The translations under genes were made by a program, and so were the position numbers. Below are positions 10,134 to 20,230 of a DNA stretch of 49,570 nucleotides, piece by piece. Numbering within the stretch: the first letter of the stretch is position 1; each line of letters starts with the position of its first letter. The notes under the pieces were generated by a model, which searched no databases, had not been told where the DNA came from, and worked only from the letters and a program-made list of their open reading frames with translations. Location of the stretch: NCBI GenBank assembly GCA_038230375.1, contig JBBRNJ010000066.1:1-49570 (forward strand), written 5' to 3'. Source of the DNA: Polyangiales bacterium (GTDB taxonomy: Bacteria; Myxococcota_A; Polyangia; Polyangiales; Polyangiaceae).

Positions 10134-12104
10134 ATGCGCAAGCTCCTCGATTACCTGCTCTTGCCCACCGCGATCACCGGGTTCGAACGAAAGTACCTGG
10201 CCCGGACGAACAGGATCGCGTTCGCATTCTTCGCGCTCCACGTCCCGGTCCTCTGTCTCATCGCATGGGGCAACGGAACCAAGCCGCTGCTGGCGCTCGC
10301 GCTGTCGCTTGCAACGCTGGTCGGACCAGCGGCAGCGCAAAAGACGATCAAGAACCCGCGATGGGTCTCGATGGTCTACGGCGTCACTGCCATGTTCTTT
10401 GGTGGCTTGCTCGTCCACTTTGGTCAGGGCGCGACTCAGATCGAAATGCATTTCTACTTCTTCGCGCTCCTCGCAATGCTCGCCGTCTTCGCGAACCCGA
10501 TGGTCATCATCGCCGCGACAGTGACGGTTGCTCTGCACCACCTGGTGCTCTGGCTGATCGTGCCGGAGTCAGTCTTCAACTATGCCGCACCCGTCTGGGT
10601 CGTCGCCCTGCACGCTGTATTTGTGGTGCTGGAGAGCGTCGCGGTCTGCTTCATCGCGCGCACCTTCTTCGACAACGTGATCGGACTCGAGAAGATCGTC
10701 GAAGCCCGGACGCAGGAGCTTGCCGCCAGGAGCGCCGAGATGCGTCGCGTGCTGGACAACGTGGACCAAGGGTTCGTCGTTGTGGCCAAGGATGGCACGA
10801 TCGCGAGCGAGCGCTCGCGCGCGTTCGACCTCTGGTTTGGGGTTGGGCACAAGACCTTGGTGGCGGCGTTCTCCACGAAGTCGGTTGAGTTTGCCCAGGC
10901 ACTAACGGTTGGCTGGGATGCTCTCACGGATGGCTTCTTGCCTGCGGAGCTCCTTCTTGAGCAGCTGCCGAAGCGGCTGAACGTCGGCGACGAGCACTTC
11001 GATGTGGACTACCTCGCCGTGAACGACGAGGGCTCGCTTCTCGTGGTCGTCACGAACGTCACCGCGCGAGTGACCCAGGAGATCGGCGACCGGGAGCGAA
11101 TGGAGACCCTCTCCATCTTCGAGCGCGTTCTCTCCGATCGGAATGCCGTGGACGAGTTTTTCCGCGAAGCCAACGACATCGTCAAGCAGATCGCTTCCGG
11201 CGCGCCTGACCTTCTCTCCTTCAAGCGCGCGGTCCACACTCTGAAGGGTAACAGCGCAATGTTCGGATTGACGAGCGTCGCCGAAGCCTGTCACGACGTA
11301 GAATCGTTCGTGGCGGAGGAGGATGAGAAGCCGTCTCCCCGCGTGCTGGCACCGCTCCTGGAACGCTGGAACCGCGTCGGGACCAGCCTCTCGCGCGTGG
11401 TCCGCGTTCGGTCCAACATGATCGAGCTCGACGCTGACGAGCACGCAGCGCTCGAGCGCGAGGCCAGCGTCTACTCCATGGACCTCTGGCGCAAGGTCCA
11501 CGACCTCACGCTCGAGCCGACGAAACGGCGGCTCACCGGAGTTGCGGCGCACACCGCGCGCATCGCGGAGCGGCTGGAGAAGGACGTCGCCGTGGCGATC
11601 GAGGACAACAACCTGCGCATCGACGCCGCACAGTGGTCGCCGTTCTGGAGCGCATTCGTTCATGCCGTTCGGAATGCAGTGGACCACGGCGCAGAGACAC
11701 GAGATGAGCGTGCCGAAGCGGGGAAGTCAGAAAAGACGACGATCACCCTACGGACGGTGATGCAGGGGGACCGTTTCATTGTCGAGATCGCCGATGATGG
11801 GCGGGGCGTCGATTGGGACCGCGTTCGGGAGAAGGCGGTGGCCGCGGGGCTCGCATCGGAGACCAAGGAAGACCTCACGATGGTGCTCTTCAGCGATGGA
11901 ATGTCGACGCGGGACGGGGTCTCGGCCATGTCGGGTCGCGGGATCGGGATGGGGGCATTGAAGGCGGCAGCCGAGGGCCTGGGCGGAACGGCGCTCGTGC
12001 TCTCCGAGCGCGGGCACGGAACGACGATTCGCATGTCGTTCCCCGTCTCCGCGATGGGCACCGACGGGCGCGTGCGCCGTACATTTCCGCCGCGGGTTGC
12101 GTGA
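10134..12104 (+). CDS. CheA-like (class III-type) kinase with a His-rich multi-TM sensor
   Basis: About 6 TM segments with EMHFYFF, LHHL..PESVF and LHAVFV. Then VLDNVDQGF, VHTLKGNS, RNAVDHG, DDGRGVD, SGRGIGM. No CheW domain. Confidence 0.88.
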   Translation: MRKLLDYLLLPTAITGFERKYLARTNRIAFAFFALHVPVLCLIAWGNGTKPLLALALSLATLVGPAAAQKTIKNPRWVSMVYGVTAMFFGGLLVHFGQGATQIEMHFYFFALLAMLAVFANPMVIIAATVTVALHHLVLWLIVPESVFNYAAPVWVVALHAVFVVLESVAVCFIARTFFDNVIGLEKIVEARTQELAARSAEMRRVLDNVDQGFVVVAKDGTIASERSRAFDLWFGVGHKTLVAAFSTKSVEFAQALTVGWDALTDGFLPAELLLEQLPKRLNVGDEHFDVDYLAVNDEGSLLVVVTNVTARVTQEIGDRERMETLSIFERVLSDRNAVDEFFREANDIVKQIASGAPDLLSFKRAVHTLKGNSAMFGLTSVAEACHDVESFVAEEDEKPSPRVLAPLLERWNRVGTSLSRVVRVRSNMIELDADEHAALEREASVYSMDLWRKVHDLTLEPTKRRLTGVAAHTARIAERLEKDVAVAIEDNNLRIDAAQWSPFWSAFVHAVRNAVDHGAETRDERAEAGKSEKTTITLRTVMQGDRFIVEIADDGRGVDWDRVREKAVAAGLASETKEDLTMVLFSDGMSTRDGVSAMSGRGIGMGALKAAAEGLGGTALVLSERGHGTTIRMSFPVSAMGTDGRVRRTFPPRVA

Positions 12105-12141
12105 GAGTCCGTTTGGGTTCGGGTGGGAGCTAGAGGCAAAC

Positions 12142-12675
12142 ATGAGCGCAGTATTCAATGACCTGGAGCGCATGCTCGCAACAGCGGCCATCGACCTCTT
12201 CGAGGCCCACGGGGCGGCAACGTGGAAGACCCCTTCGGTCGAGCAACCGCACGCGGAGGCAGAGTGCATCGTCGCGACGATCGGGTTCGCGGTGGCCGAC
12301 GGGTCGAAGGGTAGCCTGGTCATGGTCGCTTCGCCCGCGGCCATCGCGGCTCTCCACACACCGGATGGCGACGAGCACTCGGAGATGATCCTTTGCGACA
12401 TCCTCGGTGAGTTCTCGAACATGCTGCTCGGGAGGCTGAAGAATATTCTTCTACCGCGTGGCGTCACGCTGATGCTCGGCACGCCGACCACCGCGTACGC
12501 TCTCAAGCTGCGCCTGTCGTCGCCGTTCTCGCCCTGCAGGTGGCTCGCCTTCGTCGTGAACGATCACGTGATCCGGGCTCGCCTCGATGTGGCCCTCGCG
12601 AAGGACTTCCCGCTGGCGGACGATGCCGCAGGTCCTTCGACGACTGCCCGCGAAGGCGAGATGATTCTGTTCTGA
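12142..12675 (+). CDS. cheX: CheX-like phosphatase
   Basis: ATIGF, DILGEFSNMLLGRLK (ExxN), LGTPT. Sits between the kinase and CheY. GAGG RBS. Confidence 0.8.
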   Translation: MSAVFNDLERMLATAAIDLFEAHGAATWKTPSVEQPHAEAECIVATIGFAVADGSKGSLVMVASPAAIAALHTPDGDEHSEMILCDILGEFSNMLLGRLKNILLPRGVTLMLGTPTTAYALKLRLSSPFSPCRWLAFVVNDHVIRARLDVALAKDFPLADDAAGPSTTAREGEMILF

Positions 12676-12707
12676 AACTGGGGACAAACGGCAGTTGGAG
12701 GTGTGCG

Positions 12708-13088
12708 ATGGCGTCTAAAGTTCTTGTCGTGGATGATTCGATGATGGTGCGTCAACAGGTCAAGCGCGCGCTCGGCGCCGCCGACTTTGTAATCGTGGAG
12801 GCGCAGGACGGAATGGATGCGCTCGAGAAGATCATGCAGAACCAGGATGTCTGTCTGATCGTCTGCGACGTGAACATGCCTCGTATGGGGGGCCTCGACT
12901 TCCTGGAGGCGCTGCGGAAGATTCCGGTGTTCGTCTCCGTCCCGGTCGTGATGCTCACCACGGAGGCGCAGCCCGATCTCGTTGCCAGAGCGAAGGGATT
13001 CGGCGCGAAGGGCTGGATCATCAAGCCGTTCAAGCCCGAGCTGTTGGTCGCCGCTGCGCAGAAGCTTTCCGCAAGCAAGGCTGCCTGA
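12708..13088 (+). CDS. cheY: Single-domain CheY-like response regulator
   Basis: VLVVDDS, VCDVNMPRMGG, MLTTE, GWIIKPF. GGAGG RBS. Confidence 0.92.
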   Translation: MASKVLVVDDSMMVRQQVKRALGAADFVIVEAQDGMDALEKIMQNQDVCLIVCDVNMPRMGGLDFLEALRKIPVFVSVPVVMLTTEAQPDLVARAKGFGAKGWIIKPFKPELLVAAAQKLSASKAA

Positions 13089-13096
13089 GGTTCGTC

Positions 13097-14167
13097 ATGA
13101 GGGTGCTGGTCGTAGATCCCAACGCTGCCGAACGCGAAGTGACAGTTCGCACTTTGACAGCGGAAAAGCACGAGGTGGAGTCCGCGAAGGACGCTACCAC
13201 GGCGATCGCGGCACTCGACAAAAGGCGCCCCGACGTAGTCTTGGTCGAGGCCACGATGCCCGGAGTCAGCGGGCACGAGCTAGTCAAACGCCTCCGCGCG
13301 GCAGAGGATCCCGCGACGCATCTGTATGTGGTCATCACCGCGGCGAAGCCAATGCCGTTTGACCTGAAGAACGCGTTCGCTGCTGGGGCTGACGACTTCA
13401 TACGCAAGCCGATGAACAAGGAGGAGCTCGTCCTCCGCGTCGAAGGAGCTGCGCGTATCAAGACGTGGATGCAACGCGTGCAGGGAAAGGCAACCGCGCT
13501 TGACCTCACCGAGCAGTCCTGCATCAGCGCCGCTGCATCGTGGCTCACCGGCGACGCTGCGATCTGCTCGGATGTCGGCGACATGCTCGGCATGGTGATG
13601 ACTCCAACGCCCGCCACTGCGGTGATGAACGGTGCCACTGTGGGCGCCTCGCTCCCGCTGACGATGGTGAGTGAGAGCCTGGAGGTCCGCGTTGGTGTCG
13701 CGGCGGACGCCGAGAGCGCCCGTATCCTGGGTGCTGCCATGTTAGGCAGCGAGGACGCGGCCGAGTCCGATATACGCGACATGTTGCGCGAGATCGCAAA
13801 CGTCGCAGCGGGTTGTTTCAAGCGGCTATCGGGCGTGGAGGGGCGGATCCTCACAACCGGTCTTCCGCTCAACGGCGCGCCCTCGACCTTCAGCTGCGCC
13901 GCCGCGCGTGCCCGTAAGGAGTGGACCGCCGGTTGCGGCGACACGGGCGCGACATTGCGCTTCGAACTCCAGTACATGAGCATAGAGAACAAGCACGTGC
14001 CGGTGCACGCGCTCCGTGAAGGAATGGTGTTGGCCCACGACCTGGTCAATCCGTCCGGTGCATTGCTGATGCGCGGCGGTACGCGCCTCACCGAGAACCA
14101 TTTGAATCAGATTCCGCGGGTGCTCGCAGATGGGGCCCTTGTCGCGATCATGGCGGCGGCCGCGTAG
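13097..14167 (+). CDS. Atypical receiver + CheX-like domain + 'LREGMVL..DL' tail protein
   Basis: MRVLVVD...PDVVLVEATMPGVSG...GADDFIRKP; MLREIANVAAG; LREGMVLAHDLVNPSGALLMRGGTRL. Confidence 0.85.
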   Translation: MRVLVVDPNAAEREVTVRTLTAEKHEVESAKDATTAIAALDKRRPDVVLVEATMPGVSGHELVKRLRAAEDPATHLYVVITAAKPMPFDLKNAFAAGADDFIRKPMNKEELVLRVEGAARIKTWMQRVQGKATALDLTEQSCISAAASWLTGDAAICSDVGDMLGMVMTPTPATAVMNGATVGASLPLTMVSESLEVRVGVAADAESARILGAAMLGSEDAAESDIRDMLREIANVAAGCFKRLSGVEGRILTTGLPLNGAPSTFSCAAARARKEWTAGCGDTGATLRFELQYMSIENKHVPVHALREGMVLAHDLVNPSGALLMRGGTRLTENHLNQIPRVLADGALVAIMAAAA

Positions 14168-14185
14168 CAAAGCGAGGTTCGCAAA

Positions 14186-16123
14186 TCAGCTTCTCTCCAG
14201 CGCGGGCGCGGTGCGGGTCGCACCGAGGATCTCGCGCACCTTGCGGGCAAGCGCTTCTGGTGTGAACGGCTTCTGCAGGAAGGCGACCTCGGAATGCAGG
14301 ACACCGTCATGGACCGAGACGTCTTCGGTGTAGCCGGACATGAGGAGCACCTTCGTCGCCGGCCGGAGCGGCGTAATCCGCTCTGCCAGCTCACGTCCGC
14401 TCATGTGAGGAAGCACCACGTCGGTGAGCAAGAGATCGATCTGGCCACTGTGCTTCTCGCAGATGAGCAGCGCCTCGCCCCCGTTGGGCGCCTCGAGCAC
14501 GTGGTAGCCGGCTCTGCGCAGGATGGCGCGTGCCACGGCTCTGACCTGATCTTCGTCCTCCACCAGCAGGATGGTTTCGGAGCCGCCCGCGGCTGCGGTC
14601 AGTTGCTCGGCCGCCGGCGCCGCTTCTACGCTTCCATGGGCGCGCGGCAGGAACACCTTGAACGTAGTGCCCGTGCCCGGTTGGCTGTGCACAGTGACGT
14701 GCCCGCCGTACTGCTCGACGATACCGAACACGACCCACAGGCCCAGGCCGGTTCCTTTTCCCTTCTCCTTGGTCGTGAAGAACGGCTCGAAGATGCGCGC
14801 CTGTGTTGCGCTGCCCATGCCTTCGCCCGTGTCTGTCACGGACAGCATCACGTAGTGGCCAGGCTCCACTCCTGGATGCTCACGGGTGTAGTCCACGTCG
14901 AGCTCGACGTTCGCTGTCTCGATCGTCAGCCCGCCCCCGTGTGGCATCGCGTCGCGCCCGTTGACGGCAAGGTTCAATACGACCTGTTCGAGCTGCCCTT
15001 GATCGGCTTTGACGGGCGCGAGGTCGACCGCGGGCACGAGGACAAGCTTGTGGCTTGCGCCGAGCAGGCGTGCGGTCATACGCTCCATGCCGCCGATGAC
15101 CTGGTTCACGTCCAGGACCCGCGGCTGCAGCACCTGATTGCGCCCGAACGAGAGCAGCTGGCGCGTCAGGCTTGCGGCGTGGTGGCCGGCAGTCCGGATC
15201 TCTGTCATGTCGGCGCACAGCGGGTCGTCGGGCCTCAGGGTGGAGATCACCATGTCGGTGTAGCTGAGGACCACGGACAAGAGGTTGTTGAACTCGTGAG
15301 CAACGCCGCCAACGACGCGGCCAACCGCCTCCAGTTTCTGGGCCTGACGAATCTGCTCCTCGAGGCGCTTTCGCTCCGAGAGGTCGAGTGAGATGAAGAT
15401 GGTGCGGCTCCCCGCGACGTTTGCTGCCGCGACGAGCGCCGGGACATGGCTTCCGTCCTTGCGCACGTACGCCATCTCGCGTGGTCTCGCGGACCCATGC
15501 GCGCGGATGTCCGACATGAGCAGGGTGTTCGCGCCCATCAATCCGGCTGGCGCGAGCTCGGCCCAGGTGAGCACTCCCTGGCACTCTCTCGGATACCCGA
15601 TCATCTCCAGGAACGTGTCGTTCGCCTCGTGGAGCCGCCCCGCCCCGTCTGCGACGCATATCCCGACGATTCCAGACTCCCAGAGGCTCCTGAACCGCAG
15701 CTCGCTAGCGCCAAGCGCAGCCTCTGCCTGTCTCCGTGCGATGCGAGACGCGGACTCGCGCATGGCCCGCTCGATGGCGGGGCGAAGCCTGGCCAGGTTA
15801 TCCTTGATCAAGAAGTCCGCGGCGCCGGCGTGAAGCGCTGCGACTGCCGTCTCTTCGCCGATCGTTCCCGAGATGATGATGAGTGGCGTATCGAGGCCGC
15901 TCTCGGCGAGGACGCGCAACGCGCCCATCCCGTCGAACGGTGGCATCGAGTAGTCGCACGTGATGATGTCCCACGTGCGCGCCTTGAGCGCGGACGCCAT
16001 GCCAACGGCGTCGTCGACGCGCTCGAAGCTCGGCTCAAAGGCACATTTCTTGAGCTCGCGAACGAGAAGCAGCGCGTCGCTTTCCGAGTCCTCCACGATG
16101 AGCACGTTGAGCGGTGTCGTCAT
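14186..16123 (-). CDS. Hybrid sensor kinase REC-PAS-HisKA-HATPase-REC
   Basis: VEDSESD...TCDYSMP; ANDTFLEMIGY; VAHEFNNLL; NLAVNGRDAM, FEPFFTTK, GTGLGL; LLTDVVLP...LQKPF. Confidence 0.93.
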   Translation of the reverse strand: MTTPLNVLIVEDSESDALLLVRELKKCAFEPSFERVDDAVGMASALKARTWDIITCDYSMPPFDGMGALRVLAESGLDTPLIIISGTIGEETAVAALHAGAADFLIKDNLARLRPAIERAMRESASRIARRQAEAALGASELRFRSLWESGIVGICVADGAGRLHEANDTFLEMIGYPRECQGVLTWAELAPAGLMGANTLLMSDIRAHGSARPREMAYVRKDGSHVPALVAAANVAGSRTIFISLDLSERKRLEEQIRQAQKLEAVGRVVGGVAHEFNNLLSVVLSYTDMVISTLRPDDPLCADMTEIRTAGHHAASLTRQLLSFGRNQVLQPRVLDVNQVIGGMERMTARLLGASHKLVLVPAVDLAPVKADQGQLEQVVLNLAVNGRDAMPHGGGLTIETANVELDVDYTREHPGVEPGHYVMLSVTDTGEGMGSATQARIFEPFFTTKEKGKGTGLGLWVVFGIVEQYGGHVTVHSQPGTGTTFKVFLPRAHGSVEAAPAAEQLTAAAGGSETILLVEDEDQVRAVARAILRRAGYHVLEAPNGGEALLICEKHSGQIDLLLTDVVLPHMSGRELAERITPLRPATKVLLMSGYTEDVSVHDGVLHSEVAFLQKPFTPEALARKVREILGATRTAPALERS

Positions 16124-16539
16124 AATCTCTGGGCCAGCCCCGCACGAGGTTTTCGACGCCTGCTGCCATCCCCCCGCGCTCTCCACCAGCTAGCGTGAAC
16201 CGAAACGGGACGCCACGACCTTTGTGTCGCTCCGCCGAGATTTCCCCGCGGATGATGACAGGCGTTCAGGTCGGGGCTAGCTCGGCTAAACGCCAATGAC
16301 GGGCAGCCGAGATAGGTGTAAACTGCATGGATCCGAGCGCTCGACCGTGGACGCCTTCGACGGACGCGGTCTCAGACTGGGCACGCCAGTGATTCGCGGC
16401 GCCAATCCATGCCCGATCGGCGCATAACTGACGCACCGCTGCCCTGTGTCACGATCGGTCTTCGCAGCGGAGGCCGCGCCGTCTATCCTGCAGGCCCGAC
16501 GTTTCCAGTGACCCGTGGGGGACTCGCACCGAGGACAGC

Positions 16540-19137
16540 TTGGGCTTCAACACCGAACACGCGCTCTTACCGATCCTGGTGGCCGACCTTGCGGACGTCG
16601 CCCAACGAGATTTCTTGGCCGGGATCGCGCTCGCCAACGGCGCGGTGCTCGTGCCGCTGCTGACGGCGCCAGCGGATCGTGGTGAGCACATCCTCGAGGT
16701 CCACGTTCCCGAAGAGACCGAGGCGACCCTCTTCTTCGCATTGCCGATCGGCGCGCCAGAGCCCGAGGGCTACCCGCTCCAGCTGCGTCCGTTCGGCCCG
16801 GAGCCGAGCGCGCCGCCGCCTGCGAAGCAGTCTTCCATGCCGGGGACGCAGAAGAAGCAGTCGGTCGTGGCGCGCTCGTGGATACCGCCGCGCCTCTCCG
16901 ATCGTCACACTGCGGACCTGGAGAGCTTTCCCAGCGCGGGCGTCCGCGTTCCGCAGCCTGTCGAGCCCGGGACCGCGCTCGCTGGCGGCAAGCTTCTGAT
17001 CGAGCAGGAGCTCGGCGCGGGCGCTTCGGGCGCCGTGTATCGCGCGAAGCACAGGGATCTGCGGAAGCAGGTCGCCGTGAAGGTCCTGCATGGTGGTGCG
17101 TCCACGGATCTCGACTTCAGCCGCCGCTTCCATGCGGAGGCGCTCGCCGCGAGCAAGCTCGATCACCCGAACTTGATCCGTGTGCTCGATTTCGGGCAGG
17201 AGCCCGACGGACTTCTCTATCTCTCGATGGAGTACCTGGACGGGCGGTCGCTGCAGGACGTGATCGATCGCGAGCACCGCCTGCCTTCCGTGCGCGCCAT
17301 CGAGCTCCTCATGCAGGTCTGCGCGGGGCTCTGGCACGCGCATTCGCGTGGCATCGTTCATCGCGACATCAAGCCGGCGAACATCATGCTCATCTTCGGG
17401 CACGACGACGACGGCAACCCCATCGAGGTCGTCAAGGTCTGCGACTTTGGCATTGCTCTACAGCCGAGCAGCACGGCCGACGAGAAGCGCGTGTCCGGCA
17501 CGCCCGAATACATCGCGCCAGAGGCGTGGCGCTCCGAGCCGCTCGACGGGCGGGCGGACCTCTACTCGTGCGGCGTGATGCTCTACGAGCTGGTCACAGG
17601 TCGGCTCCCTTTCCAGGGAAAAACCGCCACCGACTACGCGCGTATGCACCTCGCAACGGAGCCTCCGTTGCCGTCGAAGTTCTTGCCGGAGATCGACCCT
17701 CGCCTCGAGGCCATCATCATGAAGGCGCTCGCCAAGGACTCGGCGATGCGCTTCGGCAACGTGCGCGAGATGCGGCTGAAGCTGCGCGAGATCCTCGCTC
17801 CGGCAGATGCGTCGCCGCTCTCGTCGCGCCTCACGCCTGGTGAGTTCACGCCAGTGCGCACCACCCCTGGAGAGTTCGCGCCGGCGGCAGCGCAAGCACC
17901 CGTGGTGGCCAAGGTGGAGATCGTCGGACCGTCACAAGGTGCGGATCCCAGGCGCGCTGACTGGCTCGAGGACTCGCAGACCAGCTACGAGAACTTCTTC
18001 ACGTCCGTCGCAGCAACGGCGGACGAGGGCGCCATCTATGGCGCGGCGACGCTCGCGGCAGATCTCTCCAAGGCCCCTGTTGAGCGCCTGAACGAGATCG
18101 CTACGCTGCGCGCGAGCCCTTCGTTCGCCGTCGAGATGGATCGGCTCGACGGCGCGATCAAGCTCCTCGCAAAGCGCGGTGATGCGGCGGCGCTCGGCCA
18201 CGTGGTGCGCGTGATGGCCGCGATCTACGCGGAGGAAGTGAACCGCGCCGGCGGTACCGAGATCTCTCCGGCCTCCTCCGGTGGCCGCGCCGTCGCGCTC
18301 CTTCGAACGCTCGCAGATCCGTTGACGCTGCAGCCATTCGCGGAGACGCTCCTTGCAGATGAGGCGGAGCCCAACGAAGCATCGTTCGCGCTGCTGTCGT
18401 GGGCGCAGGTTGCTGCGGGATATGCGCTCTACGCCGCGCGGATCAAGAACGCGCAGGGCAACGCGCGCCCGCGCTTCATCCAGTGCATGCGGCGCCTCGG
18501 CGAGCACTCGCTGCCCATCGTGCGCGGCGCGCTCGAACAGCTGCTCCCGAACGAGCAGACAAGGCTCACTGATCCTGCGCTGGCGGACGATCTCCTGCGC
18601 TGCGTGCCGCAGATCGCGGACGAGGCGCTGGGAGCGATCGTGCTTCGCTACGTTCGTCTCGCGGACCATCGCGAGGTCGCGCGTGACGCGGCGATCGCGC
18701 TTGCCACGGTTCTGGGCGTGCGTGCCGTGCCCGTCATGCTCGCGTGCCTGCAGTCGGAGGACGACGGTCTCCGCATCGCGGGCCTCCACGGACTGCGCGC
18801 CGTGGCCGCCGTGGACGAGTTCGTCGTCCGCAAGGTGAGTGGCTTCCTCGCAGGAACCGTCTCCGCCTCCGACGAGCTGCGCATCGCCGCCGCACGCGCA
18901 CTGGCCATCGCGCCGGCCGCTGCACGCGACAGCGCGACGCGCCTCATCGTCACCGCGCTCGCCAAAGGCGACGCTGCGAACGCCATGCCCGGCGGGCGCG
19001 CGGGTCCCAACGCCATCGTCGCCTACGCCCGCGCCGCGCAGGTCCTCGCACCGACCGACGCGAAGGACTTCATCATCGCAAAGGCCGAAAAAAGCGCGGA
19101 GCCGCTCAGATCGCTGCTGCTCGCCTTGCTCAAATGA
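16540..19137 (+). CDS. Cytoplasmic Ser/Thr protein kinase with a C-terminal HEAT-like helical region
   Basis: [33 protein letters not shown]. Ala/Leu-rich helical repeats follow. TTG start after GAGGA (start uncertain). Confidence 0.9.
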   Translation: MGFNTEHALLPILVADLADVAQRDFLAGIALANGAVLVPLLTAPADRGEHILEVHVPEETEATLFFALPIGAPEPEGYPLQLRPFGPEPSAPPPAKQSSMPGTQKKQSVVARSWIPPRLSDRHTADLESFPSAGVRVPQPVEPGTALAGGKLLIEQELGAGASGAVYRAKHRDLRKQVAVKVLHGGASTDLDFSRRFHAEALAASKLDHPNLIRVLDFGQEPDGLLYLSMEYLDGRSLQDVIDREHRLPSVRAIELLMQVCAGLWHAHSRGIVHRDIKPANIMLIFGHDDDGNPIEVVKVCDFGIALQPSSTADEKRVSGTPEYIAPEAWRSEPLDGRADLYSCGVMLYELVTGRLPFQGKTATDYARMHLATEPPLPSKFLPEIDPRLEAIIMKALAKDSAMRFGNVREMRLKLREILAPADASPLSSRLTPGEFTPVRTTPGEFAPAAAQAPVVAKVEIVGPSQGADPRRADWLEDSQTSYENFFTSVAATADEGAIYGAATLAADLSKAPVERLNEIATLRASPSFAVEMDRLDGAIKLLAKRGDAAALGHVVRVMAAIYAEEVNRAGGTEISPASSGGRAVALLRTLADPLTLQPFAETLLADEAEPNEASFALLSWAQVAAGYALYAARIKNAQGNARPRFIQCMRRLGEHSLPIVRGALEQLLPNEQTRLTDPALADDLLRCVPQIADEALGAIVLRYVRLADHREVARDAAIALATVLGVRAVPVMLACLQSEDDGLRIAGLHGLRAVAAVDEFVVRKVSGFLAGTVSASDELRIAAARALAIAPAAARDSATRLIVTALAKGDAANAMPGGRAGPNAIVAYARAAQVLAPTDAKDFIIAKAEKSAEPLRSLLLALLK

Positions 19138-19185
19138 AGTGCGCGTTTGGCCATGCGCCTCACCGCGTTCACGGGGCTCCGGTGG

Positions 19186-20199
19186 CTAGCCGATGGTGCG
19201 TTCCGCGCAGGGCATGACGACCTCTTCGATTGCCTGGCGCGCTACTTCTTTCGAGGCGCGACACGTCAGGCGTCCGTGGGCTCGCCACGCTTCGTGGTCC
19301 ACGTCGTAGCGACGCTCCTCCGCGGCTAGCGTTCCGGTGATGGCACGTGCGATGCCCCGGCGGACGGATGCGGCGACGGTGCGATCACCGTTTCGCACGG
19401 CCCACCTGACGAAGCGCCACGAGAGCTCGGCGTGGCGCACCTCGTCCGCGGCGATCTTGCGGAGCACCTTCTTCGCGCCCGCGTCGGTGACGACCGCCAG
19501 CTGCTCGCGCGCGAGCACCGCGCCCAGCGTCTCGCCCACGCACCCCTCTTCTGCCGCGAGCTCCGCGATCTGTGCGAGGCCGCTGCCGGACATCGCATCG
19601 TGCACGCGCAACGGCGTGGGGCCGCGACGCTTGCCGCCGTAGCGCGCGGCCAGCGCAAAGCATGCCCGCGCGTGCGCGATCTCGTCGATGCCCGCGCGTT
19701 GCGCCATGAGCAGGAGCTCCGGCGGGGCACCCACGGAGAGCAGGTGCATCGTGAAGCGCGCGAACGCGGCGACCGAGGCGTGCTCCTCCAGCGCGTCCTT
19801 CAGCCAGGTCTCCGCGAGCAGGTGTGCCGTCTTCGCGTCGAGCCCGTGCGGCGCGGTCGCCACGCCGAGCGCTGACCAGTCGTCGCGCTCGCTTGCCTCT
19901 GCGGCGCGCAGGCTCGCGCCCACCAGGAATGGTCTTCGGATGGTCGGTGGCAGGCATCCGCCATCACCGTCGGGTCGGCTGTTGGGGCATCCGGAGTCCG
20001 CGTCACCCGCATCCGTAGCCGGAGCTGCGCTCGCATCCGTGTCGCTCGTGCCACCTTCCGTCGTCGACGTGTCGGCGCTGGCGTCGAGCGCGGCGCCTGG
20101 CTGGTCGATGGGGGAGGTGGTCGTACCCGCGCCGCATGCGGAGATCGCCGAGCCGAGGAGCATGAGCAGCGCGCGGTTCGTTGCGGGGACGGTGGACAT
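19186..20199 (-). CDS. Ferritin-like (di-iron) domain lipoprotein, myxobacterial type
   Basis: Lipobox ISAC; RRPF; EEHASVAAFARF, DEIAHA, EGCVGET, DEVRHAELSW. Confidence 0.82.
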   Translation of the reverse strand: MSTVPATNRALLMLLGSAISACGAGTTTSPIDQPGAALDASADTSTTEGGTSDTDASAAPATDAGDADSGCPNSRPDGDGGCLPPTIRRPFLVGASLRAAEASERDDWSALGVATAPHGLDAKTAHLLAETWLKDALEEHASVAAFARFTMHLLSVGAPPELLLMAQRAGIDEIAHARACFALAARYGGKRRGPTPLRVHDAMSGSGLAQIAELAAEEGCVGETLGAVLAREQLAVVTDAGAKKVLRKIAADEVRHAELSWRFVRWAVRNGDRTVAASVRRGIARAITGTLAAEERRYDVDHEAWRAHGRLTCRASKEVARQAIEEVVMPCAERTIG

Positions 20200-20230
20200 G
20201 CCCGTGCTTGGGATGGCCGGGCGTCGTTCG

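Noticed and set aside
2964..12104. Calling the three kinases cheA of a standard chemotaxis operon
   Set aside because: They have no C-terminal CheW domain, the Hpt is internal, and no MCP, CheW, CheR or CheB is in the window.
14168..14185. Intrinsic terminator between convergent genes
   Set aside because: Only a 4-bp stem (GCGA/TCGC) and no U-tract.
16376..16395. Sigma-54 promoter-like GGCACG
   Set aside because: There is no GC at the -12 position (GGCACGCCAGTGAT).
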